Source: a virus (Duplodnaviria > Caudoviricetes). From it: a stretch of 42,902 nucleotides of DNA. Below are positions 33,843 to 42,536 of this stretch, in pieces (the first letter of the stretch is position 1; every line of letters begins with the position of its first letter). Below the pieces are notes generated by a model. That model did no database searches, had not been told where the DNA came from, and worked only from the letters and a program-made list of their open reading frames with translations. A program made the translations under genes and the position numbers. Location: IMG/VR virus record IMGVR_UViG_3300044711_000031, positions 1 to 42,902 of that record. One strand, given 5' to 3'.

Positions 33843-35573
33843 CTACAAACCCGTCATGCGATCATAATACTGGTTGGTGCTCGTTGCTTCTCCCCACCAT
33901 TGATGCTGTCCAAACTGATCGAATCCAAGGAACTGAGTATTCGGGAAAGGCAGCTTCCCAACCGGGTCGTATCCCCTGGCTTGCGGTAGAACATCGGAGA
34001 TGACTCCACCCTCCCGATTCTGCATCTGATCCGCAAGGGTATCGAGGAAATCATCGAAGTACGTAGAGTTGTCGGAGAACTTGGTGATCTCCATCGTAAC
34101 CTCAGCCTTGCAAGTGATCTCCTCTGCTATCTCAATTAGTCCAGCCTTTAACCAGGGCTGAAGGCCACGAATGCGACTCTTCTTGGAAATTCTAGAGTCG
34201 CGGGCAATTGAGATAATCGGTGGCAGGAACTGTTGACGTTTCTCTTGCTCACGCTTCACGAATGGCATCAGGACCTTGACGGCCATGTCCTTCTCGGTCT
34301 TGATGTCTCGAATATTGGGATACAGGGCATTTTTCTTCCCTGGCTCTCCACAGCAGAGTAAGAATATCATCTGAATCAACGTATGTGGATCGAAGTGCCC
34401 ACGGCGAACGTCAATCACTCCCATCCGACCATCCCGGTCGAATCCCGAGACGTTCAAAACAGCGAAGTCCCCGGGAGACGATGGGTCCATTCCGTTCAAG
34501 TCGATGGTCATGTGAAGAATGGGCCGATAAGCCAATAGGATTCGTCGTGGAACGAAGCGAATTTCCTCACGAGTCGCAAGAGTTGAACCTTGAGGAATGC
34601 ACTTCTGCCGATACTGAGAGCAGTAAGTGTACGGTCCCATCTCGCGCTCAATGCGCTTCAGTTCAGACCAAGGGAAGCGCCTTGGCCATAGCGTTATTTG
34701 CTTCTCGCTGTCTACCTCGGCATCTCGGATACTGATCTGCCATTCCCGATCTGCTTCAGGCAACTTGGCCTGCTGATCAATGATGTGGTTATAGAGATCC
34801 GCATCATCGTACATGGTACCTTCCACGTCAGTCCATCCGCGATATGGAGCAATGGGGCCGCGTTCAAGAAGCGGGTTGCAATACCGGAAGTGTTCGATTA
34901 CTTCTCGGCATCCACCGGGAGTCTTGACGTTCTCCTTGTCCACCAAATCACCGTGGTCGATTACTTCATAGTGGCCCCCCGCGATAATCTTGCCAACAGA
35001 GCAGCTTGATACGGTCGGTTCCTTGAGCCACTTACGCTTGCGGCAAGGAACGGTGAATCCCTCGTTGTTGCCAAACTCCTTGGCGCTCTTAGCTCCGGGG
35101 CAAAGCTCGGGGAAAAGCCAGCGGAAAACATCGTTGTAGCGAAAGTGGGCCAGCATCTCACCCATGACCTTCACTACCTGATCCCCCGTAGCCATCGAGA
35201 GCAGGATACGAATATCGTAGTAGTTGATGATCCACTGAATCTTGTGGCTGATGCTGATGATCGTGGTTTTCAGGTGTCCGCGAGGATCAAGAAATAGGCG
35301 CTCTCGTGGTCCTTCCAACTCCCAAATATCACAAGCAGGGGTATAGATCACCTTGCCGAAGTTATCCCAAACGTCTGTTCCCCCCTTGAACTTCTGGAGC
35401 TTGTCAATGATGGGTCCATGAACTTCCGGCTCGATGTCCCTGTATTGGAGAACCTCACGGCAGAGGTAGAGTAGATCGGTACGAGAACGCTGGCGCATCT
35501 CCATCCACTTTGCAGCGACAGCCTTGGCGTAGGCTTGATCGACCGAGGGAGATTGCGTCTTGGCTTGAGCCAT
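33843..35573 (-). CDS. terL: Terminase large subunit
   Basis: PRGHLKTT Walker A; LWPRRF...SQY.Q; TID and DDFLD nuclease acidic motifs. Confidence 0.92.
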   Translation of the reverse strand: MAQAKTQSPSVDQAYAKAVAAKWMEMRQRSRTDLLYLCREVLQYRDIEPEVHGPIIDKLQKFKGGTDVWDNFGKVIYTPACDIWELEGPRERLFLDPRGHLKTTIISISHKIQWIINYYDIRILLSMATGDQVVKVMGEMLAHFRYNDVFRWLFPELCPGAKSAKEFGNNEGFTVPCRKRKWLKEPTVSSCSVGKIIAGGHYEVIDHGDLVDKENVKTPGGCREVIEHFRYCNPLLERGPIAPYRGWTDVEGTMYDDADLYNHIIDQQAKLPEADREWQISIRDAEVDSEKQITLWPRRFPWSELKRIEREMGPYTYCSQYRQKCIPQGSTLATREEIRFVPRRILLAYRPILHMTIDLNGMDPSSPGDFAVLNVSGFDRDGRMGVIDVRRGHFDPHTLIQMIFLLCCGEPGKKNALYPNIRDIKTEKDMAVKVLMPFVKREQEKRQQFLPPIISIARDSRISKKSRIRGLQPWLKAGLIEIAEEITCKAEVTMEITKFSDNSTYFDDFLDTLADQMQNREGGVISDVLPQARGYDPVGKLPFPNTQFLGFDQFGQHQWWGEATSTNQYYDRMTGL

Positions 35574-35806
35574 CAGACAGCCGCTTGAAGATCCGAGATA
35601 TACGTAGTCAGGTTTGCAACCTTGGCTTGGAGGTCTGTCTTGGCAGTTGTGGCCTCTGCGGATGTGATCGTGTAGGGAACTACGGTCTGCGTACCGTACT
35701 GATCGAACTGGGTCACGTTGAGGCGAACTACTCCATTGGAGATTTTCGTCAACGTAACAAGTCCCTTGGACTTCAGGATTGCGTAGGTGTCTCCATCAAT
35801 TTGCAT
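35573..35806 (-). CDS. Hypothetical protein (possible fibre chaperone)
   Basis: GGAG RBS; TGATG overlap with terL. Confidence 0.7.
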   Translation of the reverse strand: MQIDGDTYAILKSKGLVTLTKISNGVVRLNVTQFDQYGTQTVVPYTITSAEATTAKTDLQAKVANLTTYISDLQAAV

Positions 35807-35817
35807 GGGCTCCCCCT

Positions 35818-36720
35818 TTATGCCATCTGCTTGATGATTCCTTCAACGTTATAAGTAACTGAGGTGAAGGTTCCAGTTGTGGCTACAGTAATCGCTGTAG
35901 ATGCTTTGCATCTAATGTGCATTGGAACCCCTTCATACGGAACGGTGCCACCAGTATTAATAATCGCTGTTGCTAGAACTCCTGCAAGTGAAGCAAAGTT
36001 TAATGTCAAGGTGCGCGCCGTGTTGCCTTCATCCGTATACGCCACTGTGACTGTAAAATTGTGGGTTGTAGATGCTGTGACCAAGACATTTGCGGATACT
36101 TCAAAAGATCCATCCGTAGCTCCGTTGGTGTAAGTGGCTACGGAAGCATTGGCTGCTGTCTGTGCTGTAGCACGGCCTGCTGAGTAGATTGCTGGAACAC
36201 CCCAGCCAGCAGTTGCAACTGCAGTTGCGTTTCCATAGGATGTAATTTTTCGTAACGCTAAGTCACGTAGCGTGCCTAATGTTCCACTATCTATTTCAAC
36301 GATACCAACATTATTCCTGCCTAATCCAGTATCAAAGGTTCCAGACCCTGGACCTCCCGGCGACCATTGAACTAAAGCTCCTGATCCAAGTTTAGGACCA
36401 TTGAATCCATAATTCGCACCGCTTCCGTTGTTGGAGGCATCAACTAAACCAGCGCTGCCAAATGGAATTGTGATCTTAGCATTGGTTGTGTCTACGTCGA
36501 AAACATCAGTTGTCCCGTCAGATTTAGTGAATCTAACGGCTGTAGTTCCATTGGCTCCCGGCTTAATAATAATCGTAGAACCATCATCCGTGATCGTTGA
36601 GTTGGCGATCTGTGCTGCTGCCGTGAACTTGGCTAGGTTGTTGGCCGTTCCAGACGATGATGTGGTTACCGTACCAGCAGCGGCGGCAGCAGCTACAAGT
36701 AAGGTTTTCTTCTTAGACAT
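35818..36720 (-). CDS. Fibre-like structural protein (putative)
   Basis: Thr/Ala/Gly-rich; SGTANNLAKFT and DTGLGRNNVG fibre-type motifs. Confidence 0.65.
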   Translation of the reverse strand: MSKKKTLLVAAAAAAGTVTTSSSGTANNLAKFTAAAQIANSTITDDGSTIIIKPGANGTTAVRFTKSDGTTDVFDVDTTNAKITIPFGSAGLVDASNNGSGANYGFNGPKLGSGALVQWSPGGPGSGTFDTGLGRNNVGIVEIDSGTLGTLRDLALRKITSYGNATAVATAGWGVPAIYSAGRATAQTAANASVATYTNGATDGSFEVSANVLVTASTTHNFTVTVAYTDEGNTARTLTLNFASLAGVLATAIINTGGTVPYEGVPMHIRCKASTAITVATTGTFTSVTYNVEGIIKQMA

Positions 36721-37141
36721 ACTGGCCGTCCAGCGTGAATGTGAAGCTCGGGTTGGTTCCGCCGATGACCACCTTGACGCGATGCGTGCTCCCGAGAATC
36801 GCGGTCTGCGAAGTTCCGGCAGTCAACGTTGCGTCGGTTGCCGTGTAGGTCGAGTTTCCCTGCCCCACCACCTCAAACACTTTGTCGATGGCTCCTGTGA
36901 CCTGAGCGAAGCTCACCAGATCGGTCCATGTAGCCTGATCCGGCAATAGCTTTTGGATGTAGACGTTCATGGTTGGGGAGGTTCCGGTCACTGCCGTAAC
37001 ATTGAGCTGGAAGGTAGCGGCTGAGAATGTGTCTACTCCGGGGATTGGGCTTCCCGTGAAGCTGGCAGTCTTGGCTCCGGTAGAGAACAGAACAGAGGAG
37101 CTTGATGTTGCGTTGGTGATCAGGGTGGTTGGGTTTGCCAT
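36713..37141 (-). CDS. Putative decoration protein (paralogue of 26550-27011)
   Basis: LNVTAVTGTSPTMNVYIQ...VVIGGTNPSF. Confidence 0.65.
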   Translation of the reverse strand: MANPTTLITNATSSSSVLFSTGAKTASFTGSPIPGVDTFSAATFQLNVTAVTGTSPTMNVYIQKLLPDQATWTDLVSFAQVTGAIDKVFEVVGQGNSTYTATDATLTAGTSQTAILGSTHRVKVVIGGTNPSFTFTLDGQYV

Positions 37142-37392
37142 TACTCCTCCGCTCGCTTCTTCCCGGCCTCAGCCATATCTTCCATCTTGGCTTTGCCGTA
37201 CTTCTTTATTCCTGCGGCGGCGGCGACTGCGGCGGGATTCTTGATCCCCGGCTTTCGGGAGAGCGCCTGCTTCATCGCCTCAAATCTGCCGCCACCACCC
37301 AACCTCATCGACTTTCCAATCATTGGCAACCCTCCGGGAATTTCAGGAGTACTCACGCGGCTATGGTATTGCATTACTTGGGGTTGGCGCAA
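37141..37392 (-). CDS. Small basic protein (start uncertain, possibly 37323)
   Basis: GGRF...KNPAAVAAAAGIKKYGK; GGAGG before ATG 37323. Confidence 0.65.
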   Translation of the reverse strand: MRQPQVMQYHSRVSTPEIPGGLPMIGKSMRLGGGGRFEAMKQALSRKPGIKNPAAVAAAAGIKKYGKAKMEDMAEAGKKRAEE

Positions 37393-37404
37393 TAGCGATT
37401 TTTA

Positions 37405-37436
37405 TTGACATACCGCTACGGTTTATCGTATAAGGT
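37405..37436 (+). promoter_or_regulatory. Promoter TTGACA...TATAAG with ACCG-N3-CGGT palindrome in the spacer
   Basis: Consensus -35; lies in the divergent gap. Confidence 0.6.
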
Positions 37437-37443
37437 AATCAGC

Positions 37444-37554
37444 ATGAAAAAAGACAAGTGCAAGGTCTGCAAGCATGAGTGGTTCCGGCGTAAGCTGGAG
37501 CCTGCCAAGAAGTGCCCGCGATGCCAGCGGCCTTACGGAGCGTCTATCAAATGA
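37444..37554 (+). CDS. 36-aa zinc-ribbon protein
   Basis: CKVCKHEW...PAKKCPRC; short or absent leader (not in ORF track). Confidence 0.7.
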   Translation: MKKDKCKVCKHEWFRRKLEPAKKCPRCQRPYGASIK

Positions 37555-37658
37555 TCGAGTTGATTTGCGTAGTTTTCTTCACTGTCTTCTGCTTCTCAAT
37601 CGTTGGAATACTGGTTCGCTTGTGGAACAAGATGGCTCCAGAGAAGTGGAGGATTTGA
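37551..37658 (+). CDS. Small membrane peptide
   Basis: 35 aa, one TM segment; ATGA overlap. Confidence 0.45.
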   Translation: MIELICVVFFTVFCFSIVGILVRLWNKMAPEKWRI

Positions 37659-37661
37659 GCG

Positions 37662-37817
37662 ATGAGCAACGAAGCAACCAAGGATGGTGGAATCATTCTC
37701 GTAAAGGGTCAAGGGGATACTCTATTTTCTTACGATCAGGCTAACAAGGTTCTGAGCATTGATGGCGATGCTGGAATAACTGTCGTGGTAACTTACCATC
37801 AGGGATTGGTCAAATGA
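37662..37817 (+). CDS. Hypothetical protein (51 aa)
   Basis: GGAGG RBS; ATGA overlap with next gene. Confidence 0.55.
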   Translation: MSNEATKDGGIILVKGQGDTLFSYDQANKVLSIDGDAGITVVVTYHQGLVK

Positions 37818-38062
37818 CAACCGCAACTATCGTTCGTGGATTGAGTTTCAAAGCCTACGCCCACAGCACCAAGGATTTCGATATCAACAATCTGCAAGAT
37901 GATGACAGCATTTTCTGCGAGGTCGTTGCCAAGGACGTTGAAGAGGCAATCGAAAAGTTCAAAATTGCCTTTAATGGGCGTCGGCCTTCATCCGTCTATA
38001 TGACCGACACTCCTTACAATGTCAGTGGCAAGCGTCTTACGGAGTCCATTGTGGTCGTATGA
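37814..38062 (+). CDS. Hypothetical protein
   Basis: Coupled ORF; VVAKDVEEAIEK motif. Confidence 0.7.
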   Translation: MTTATIVRGLSFKAYAHSTKDFDINNLQDDDSIFCEVVAKDVEEAIEKFKIAFNGRRPSSVYMTDTPYNVSGKRLTESIVVV

Positions 38063-38634
38063 CGAACGCCAAAGATTTTCTATGCTTCTCGGGTCCGCGC
38101 CGTTTCCTCTACAACGGGGATCAGTTTGTGACGGCGATGGATTGCGCCGAAGGAGATTGGGGATTCGCACAGCAGTATTGGGCGCAAGATCCTTCTGGCA
38201 AGTGGTATCCCAATGAGAATGGCGTGGTGTTGGTTCAGGTGATTTTCCGCAAGGTCGGAGATTCTTGGCACATTGCTGCTGAGAATGAGTTTGCTTTAGA
38301 CTCATCTGGCAAGCTCTACAAGAAGTACTCTCTCGTTTATCCTGAGTGCCCCTTCTGCGCTGTGGCCTTCAAGGATTTCAGCATCAAGCAATATTCTGGA
38401 ATCGCGCAGTGGACGCAGTTCGATGAACGCTCGAATGTGGTTCATGGACCTACGCCTGTGATGTGGAGCTATGCGGTTTCGATGGAGGCCAAGGGAAATC
38501 TCGATGAAGCCTATCAGCAGGGCGCTTCTAATCAACTGGCCTACTGGAAGCACACAGAGATGAAGGTGGGCCGTGGAGATGTGGTGTTGACCGATCTACT
38601 GACGGGCACCACGTGCAGACAAAAAGAGGATTAG
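38059..38634 (+). CDS. Hypothetical protein
   Basis: 191-aa coupled ORF. Confidence 0.75.
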   Translation: MTNAKDFLCFSGPRRFLYNGDQFVTAMDCAEGDWGFAQQYWAQDPSGKWYPNENGVVLVQVIFRKVGDSWHIAAENEFALDSSGKLYKKYSLVYPECPFCAVAFKDFSIKQYSGIAQWTQFDERSNVVHGPTPVMWSYAVSMEAKGNLDEAYQQGASNQLAYWKHTEMKVGRGDVVLTDLLTGTTCRQKED

Positions 38635-38857
38635 GTGTACCCTTGACGAATGCCTCCCCTTCCGATCGAAGCCTGGGACCGTATCACCATCGGAACGATT
38701 ATGATGGCTGGACTGATCTGTGGAACCTACATTGCCAAGCTGCTGATTACCCGGTACTGGGATTACAAGGAAAAGAAGAGGAAGAAGTAGCCTCAAGGAT
38801 TCACCACTCGGTGAATAGCGGCGGCGGGGAAAACCTCCGAGCGGTCACTGCCGCTGT

Positions 38858-39022
38858 TCAACGAACCAGAGTCACGGCGTGTTGAGGACCACCACCGAGC
38901 AGGAACGCGAGCAGACCTGTCCAGAACATGATTCTGCCGATCTCCACCACCTTCCCATTGGCAGCAAGGGCGTACATCAGCAGCCCAATCACGGCGATCA
39001 GCAGCGGGAACAGGATAATCAT
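38858..39022 (-). CDS. Small two-TM membrane protein
   Basis: MIILFPLLIAVIGLLMYALAANGKVVEIGRIMFWTGLLAFLL (not in ORF track). Confidence 0.65.
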   Translation of the reverse strand: MIILFPLLIAVIGLLMYALAANGKVVEIGRIMFWTGLLAFLLGGGPQHAVTLVR

Positions 39023-39161
39023 AGCTCCACGCTAGCACCTCGACCACCCGCAGTCTGTGCTGTTTTGAACACCACGGATTTGCTATACTGAAGTTGCTCA
39101 TTCATTTCCTAGGGGGTCGTTGCCTCATACTTCGGCCCCCACCCTTATGAGGAGAGTGAAC

Positions 39162-39374
39162 ATGAAACCACCGAAGCCCCTGCGATATTTCCTTCCCCGC
39201 AAACCACCTCCCGACTTCCGAGACGAGCAACGTCGCACACTCGAGCTCCAACAAGCCCACGAGCTCAACTCAGAGGTAGAAACACAGATGCTTCAACCCG
39301 GAATCGCCAAAGGAATCCCTCACCATCAGACCATCCGCCTTCACTCCAGATCCGTCAAAGGCAGACGAAAATAG
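39162..39374 (+). CDS. Hypothetical protein
   Basis: GAGGAG RBS before ATG 39162. Confidence 0.4.
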   Translation: MKPPKPLRYFLPRKPPPDFRDEQRRTLELQQAHELNSEVETQMLQPGIAKGIPHHQTIRLHSRSVKGRRK

Positions 39375-39647
39375 CGTTTCGCACTGCAAAACACAGCCCT
39401 ATTTCGACAATCACCGAAATTCAAAGCAAATTTATTTTCTCCACGTTTTCAACAACTTCCAAATCACCCTCTTGACATCAGAAAAAACTTCAAGCACAGT
39501 ACCTCTGTGTAGCTCATAAGCCCCGACAGGGGCGTTGAGCGGAGCCGCTTTACTTCTTGGAAGCTCGTAATTTGCAGTAGCGACACAAGAACACCGAAGC
39601 GGATCACTCCAGTGGCCACTTGCACATCAATCGAACAATCAGAAACA

Positions 39648-39663
39648 CGTTCCACGTGGAACA
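39648..39663. promoter_or_regulatory. parS: parS-like palindrome CGTTCCACGTGGAACA
   Basis: 15/16 match to the chromosomal parS form TGTTCCACGTGGAACA; intergenic. Confidence 0.7.
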
Positions 39664-39861
39664 TTGCACCACCATAACATCTAGTTACCAAGTAGTACCG
39701 GATTCTGATTCCACTTCATTTCAGTTCTGGGCCTATACACCCCATTCACCTGGCGGCAGGGGTGATCCACGGGGCCTGAGAAATGGGACTCCCGGAGCTG
39801 GAATTACCTGAGCAGTAACACCGCAAGCGAAAGCGAAGCGAATACCAAACCTGAGTATGAT

Positions 39862-40338
39862 CTACTCAAGCTGCTTGATAGGCTCCACTGCAGTTAGTAA
39901 TGTGGTAGGGCTGAGGGAGTCGGCAAGGGCCTGGGGCATGGATGCCACGAGGGTATTGAATGTGGTTTGGTTGTCTGGTTGGAAGACACCACATCCCTTG
40001 AGTGTCTGGACCGCTAAACTCCCTGCTTTGTACACGTCAGAGTGATCCTGGATAGCCACTTGAAGGGTATCTAGGGAGTGATCGACGAGATCGGCTTTAC
40101 GTTGGGCCACAGATTGAACAGCGGCAGCTACGATAGGGGCTCGTCGTAGTCTGGTGATAATACGAGAGATAGCGTGTGGTGATCGACCATACTTGGCTGC
40201 AATAGCTTTGCCGGATAAACCCGCTACGTGGTCCGCTAGGATCGAGTCCCGCTCTACCCCACAAATGGGGGCATTGCTCGCTCTAGCGCGAGTAGCGGTT
40301 GCTGTAGCGCTAGGATCTGCGCTTTGCGGTTCAATCAT
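39862..40338 (-). CDS. HTH protein, candidate terminase small subunit
   Basis: GLSGKAIAAKYGRSPHAISRII helix-turn-helix plus helical body; same strand as and upstream of terL. Confidence 0.55.
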   Translation of the reverse strand: MIEPQSADPSATATATRARASNAPICGVERDSILADHVAGLSGKAIAAKYGRSPHAISRIITRLRRAPIVAAAVQSVAQRKADLVDHSLDTLQVAIQDHSDVYKAGSLAVQTLKGCGVFQPDNQTTFNTLVASMPQALADSLSPTTLLTAVEPIKQLE

Positions 40339-40451
40339 TGCCGAAATGTACCACAGGATGGTCCTGAGTGGTTCAAGAATCGTTCAGGACGGGCGATCTG
40401 GTTGGATCTTACCTTTGGGGGCGGGTTTGGGGAATCCTGATAGGTTGGGGC

Positions 40452-40793
40452 TTAAAAGGGAAAATCGAACGATTGGCAGAGGCAGCCCATATTAAGGCAT
40501 AAGCCCCAAGCATGACTGGACGGCTCGTGTTGACTTCGGAGATGGCCGCAGCCACAGTGTGGATCTTCTATGATCCTGACGTAATTTGGCTGTTTGTTTA
40601 TTTGCTTCTCCTGGTCGAGTAGCTCAATGATGCGATCCAAGCGCTTGATTAGCTCGTAATGGCGCTGAGTATCCAGGTCCGGCATGTTGTAGGCCGCTGC
40701 AAGGGTGGCAAGCGGGTTATCGCCTCCGAGAGTTGCTGGCTTTGGATTCTCCCGGTAGTTGGGATCTGAGAATTGCACTTTGCCTGTGTCCAT
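40452..40793 (-). CDS. Hypothetical protein with C-terminal Cys/His finger (leaderless)
   Basis: CGCGHLRSQH...CLNMGCLC; TTGCGT-N17-TATACT-N6-ATG. Confidence 0.7.
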   Translation of the reverse strand: MDTGKVQFSDPNYRENPKPATLGGDNPLATLAAAYNMPDLDTQRHYELIKRLDRIIELLDQEKQINKQPNYVRIIEDPHCGCGHLRSQHEPSSHAWGLCLNMGCLCQSFDFPF

Positions 40794-40815
40794 TCCCGAA
40801 GTATACACACCTCGG

Positions 40816-40844
40816 TTGACAAACGCAAGCGCTTGGGTTACGAT
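40816..40844 (+). promoter_or_regulatory. Promoter TTGACA-N17-TACGAT with operator palindrome AACGCAAGCGCTTGGGTT
   Basis: Consensus boxes; 18-bp near-perfect palindrome. Confidence 0.8.
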
Positions 40845-40850
40845 GACTCC

Positions 40851-40985
40851 ATGTCTAAGAATCCTCATGCGGTAGCACTAGGGCGGAAGGGCGGAAGTGT
40901 CAGTGGAGAGACGAGCGAAGCCAAGGCTAAAGCCGCTCGGCGCAATGGCAAGAAGGGTGGACGGCCACGTAAGGAGCAGTCATGA
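40851..40985 (+). CDS. Small basic KGG-motif protein (putative DNA-binding), leaderless
   Basis: KNPHAVALGRKGG...SEAKAKAARRNGKKGGRPRK. Confidence 0.8.
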   Translation: MSKNPHAVALGRKGGSVSGETSEAKAKAARRNGKKGGRPRKEQS

Positions 40986-41365
40986 GAACTGACTATTCCA
41001 AGAACACGCCGACCGCTCGCATGGAAATGCTCAAGGTGTTCTTCAGTTATGTAGTGGTCGGGCCGGATTGGGATTCGTGCTGGTCTTGGCGCGGCTACAA
41101 GGTTAACGGCTATGGCGTCCACACCAGCCCTTTCTACATGGCCAAGAAGGAATATGCCCACCGTATCTCTTGGCAGATTGCACATAGCCGACAAATCCCA
41201 AAAGGCAAGATGGTTCTCCATCATTGCGACAATCCCGAGTGCACTAGGCCGGATCATCTGTTCTTGGGAACCTGCAAGGACAACATGCAAGATGCTATTT
41301 CTAAAGGGCGAATGGCATGGCAGAAAAATAAGTTGAAAAAAGGCTTGACAAACCCAAGCGCTTAG
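40982..41365 (+). CDS. HNH homing-type endonuclease
   Basis: CWSWRG...GYG...AHRISW...VLHHCDNPECTRPDHLFLGT..DNMQD. Confidence 0.92.
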   Translation: MRTDYSKNTPTARMEMLKVFFSYVVVGPDWDSCWSWRGYKVNGYGVHTSPFYMAKKEYAHRISWQIAHSRQIPKGKMVLHHCDNPECTRPDHLFLGTCKDNMQDAISKGRMAWQKNKLKKGLTNPSA

Positions 41366-41374
41366 CTTTATTAT
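41345..41374 (+). promoter_or_regulatory. Promoter TTGACA-N18-TATTAT with second operator copy AACCCAAGCGCTTAGCTT
   Basis: Repeat of the 40816 element; ATG 6 nt downstream. Confidence 0.75.
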
Positions 41375-41380
41375 CGCTAC

Positions 41381-41620
41381 ATGGTCGATTCAATCAAACA
41401 AACGAACACGGCGGTCGCGGCAAGGGGTGTGCCTGAAGCTGACACTTGCATGGATTGCCGCAAATCCTTCCCAGTTGCCCAGCTTATCTCCGTCCGTGTT
41501 GGTGGCGGTTACGATCCTTCATGGGAATGGGTCTGCACGTCCTGCCAAGCGGAATCCGGCTATCCGACACACGCTGGTCAACCATCGGTAGCGGACCTCT
41601 GCTACTCAGACGAACAGTAA
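41381..41620 (+). CDS. Zinc-finger-like hypothetical protein
   Basis: CMDC...CTSC; leaderless start. Confidence 0.65.
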   Translation: MVDSIKQTNTAVAARGVPEADTCMDCRKSFPVAQLISVRVGGGYDPSWEWVCTSCQAESGYPTHAGQPSVADLCYSDEQ

Positions 41621-41659
41621 CCCCAAATGCACGCAAACAAACACCACGAGGAGAAGAAC

Positions 41660-41824
41660 ATGGGAATCGCAAGCTGGGTAATCGTCGATAACGCAACTGG
41701 ACAGGCCGTGATGGAAACGTTCAAGGCTTCGACGGCAGTGAGAGTCAACGCAGCGAAGTACACAGCGGTTCCCATTGAGCAGTACTTGATGGATCTGAAT
41801 CGCAAGATCAAGAGCCTCAACTAA
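41660..41824 (+). CDS. Hypothetical protein
   Basis: GAGGAG RBS; MGIASWVIVDNATGQAVMETF. Confidence 0.7.
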   Translation: MGIASWVIVDNATGQAVMETFKASTAVRVNAAKYTAVPIEQYLMDLNRKIKSLN

Positions 41825-41846
41825 CCCCAAGGGAGAAGGAAACACC

Positions 41847-42248
41847 ATGAAGACCGCAACCAAGACCATCGAGCAATTCATTCAAGAGAACGGCATCCGT
41901 TTGACTTTCCGCGCAGCTTCCGACAATCCCAACATGGAAAGCTCGCGTGACATGGACCACTATCGCGTTACCTTGCACCACGCCGGACGGCGCATGACAC
42001 TGACCTTTAGCAAGGGCGTAGGGCATCACGGCGCAGACCCCGAAGTCGCTGAGGTGCTGGATTGCCTGATTAGCGATTCATGGAGCGCCGATGAGGACTT
42101 CGCTGAATTCTGTTCCAACATGGGCTTCGATGAAGACAGCCGCAAAGCCTTGCGGATCTACAAGGCGTGTGTCTCGATCCGCGAGCGCCTGTTGTCGCTG
42201 CTCGGGCACGACCTTTTCAACGAAGCGCTTGCTTGCGAGCGTCTGTAA
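41847..42248 (+). CDS. Hypothetical phage early protein
   Basis: AAGGA RBS; EVLDCLISD...FAEFCSNMGFDEDSRKA. Confidence 0.8.
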   Translation: MKTATKTIEQFIQENGIRLTFRAASDNPNMESSRDMDHYRVTLHHAGRRMTLTFSKGVGHHGADPEVAEVLDCLISDSWSADEDFAEFCSNMGFDEDSRKALRIYKACVSIRERLLSLLGHDLFNEALACERL

Positions 42249-42275
42249 CCTAACCCAAACCAAGGAGATCAGGAC

Positions 42276-42518
42276 ATGAGCAAAGGTAAAAAGCCGAGCA
42301 GGAAGCAGTTGTTAGCAGTGCTGTTTGAACTCAACCAATGGGCGGTAGGCAATCGCGGACGCAAGGAGGGCAACCCTTACGGCATCCAGCAAATATCGGA
42401 CGCCTGCGTTGTGATCGCTGCCGAGCGTGGAATCTCTGACAAGTACGATTGGAACTCTCACACCGAGAAGATGCAGGGCATCCTCAAGCACCTGCCACTG
42501 CCACGAGTCGCGGCCTAG
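42276..42518 (+). CDS. Hypothetical protein
   Basis: AAGGAG RBS. Confidence 0.7.
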   Translation: MSKGKKPSRKQLLAVLFELNQWAVGNRGRKEGNPYGIQQISDACVVIAAERGISDKYDWNSHTEKMQGILKHLPLPRVAA

Positions 42519-42536
42519 CCCCCAAAAGGAGAACCA

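Noticed and set aside
39375-39860. Packaging (pac/cos) site near the candidate terS
   Set aside because: Location is plausible but no diagnostic sequence is visible; needs read-terminus analysis
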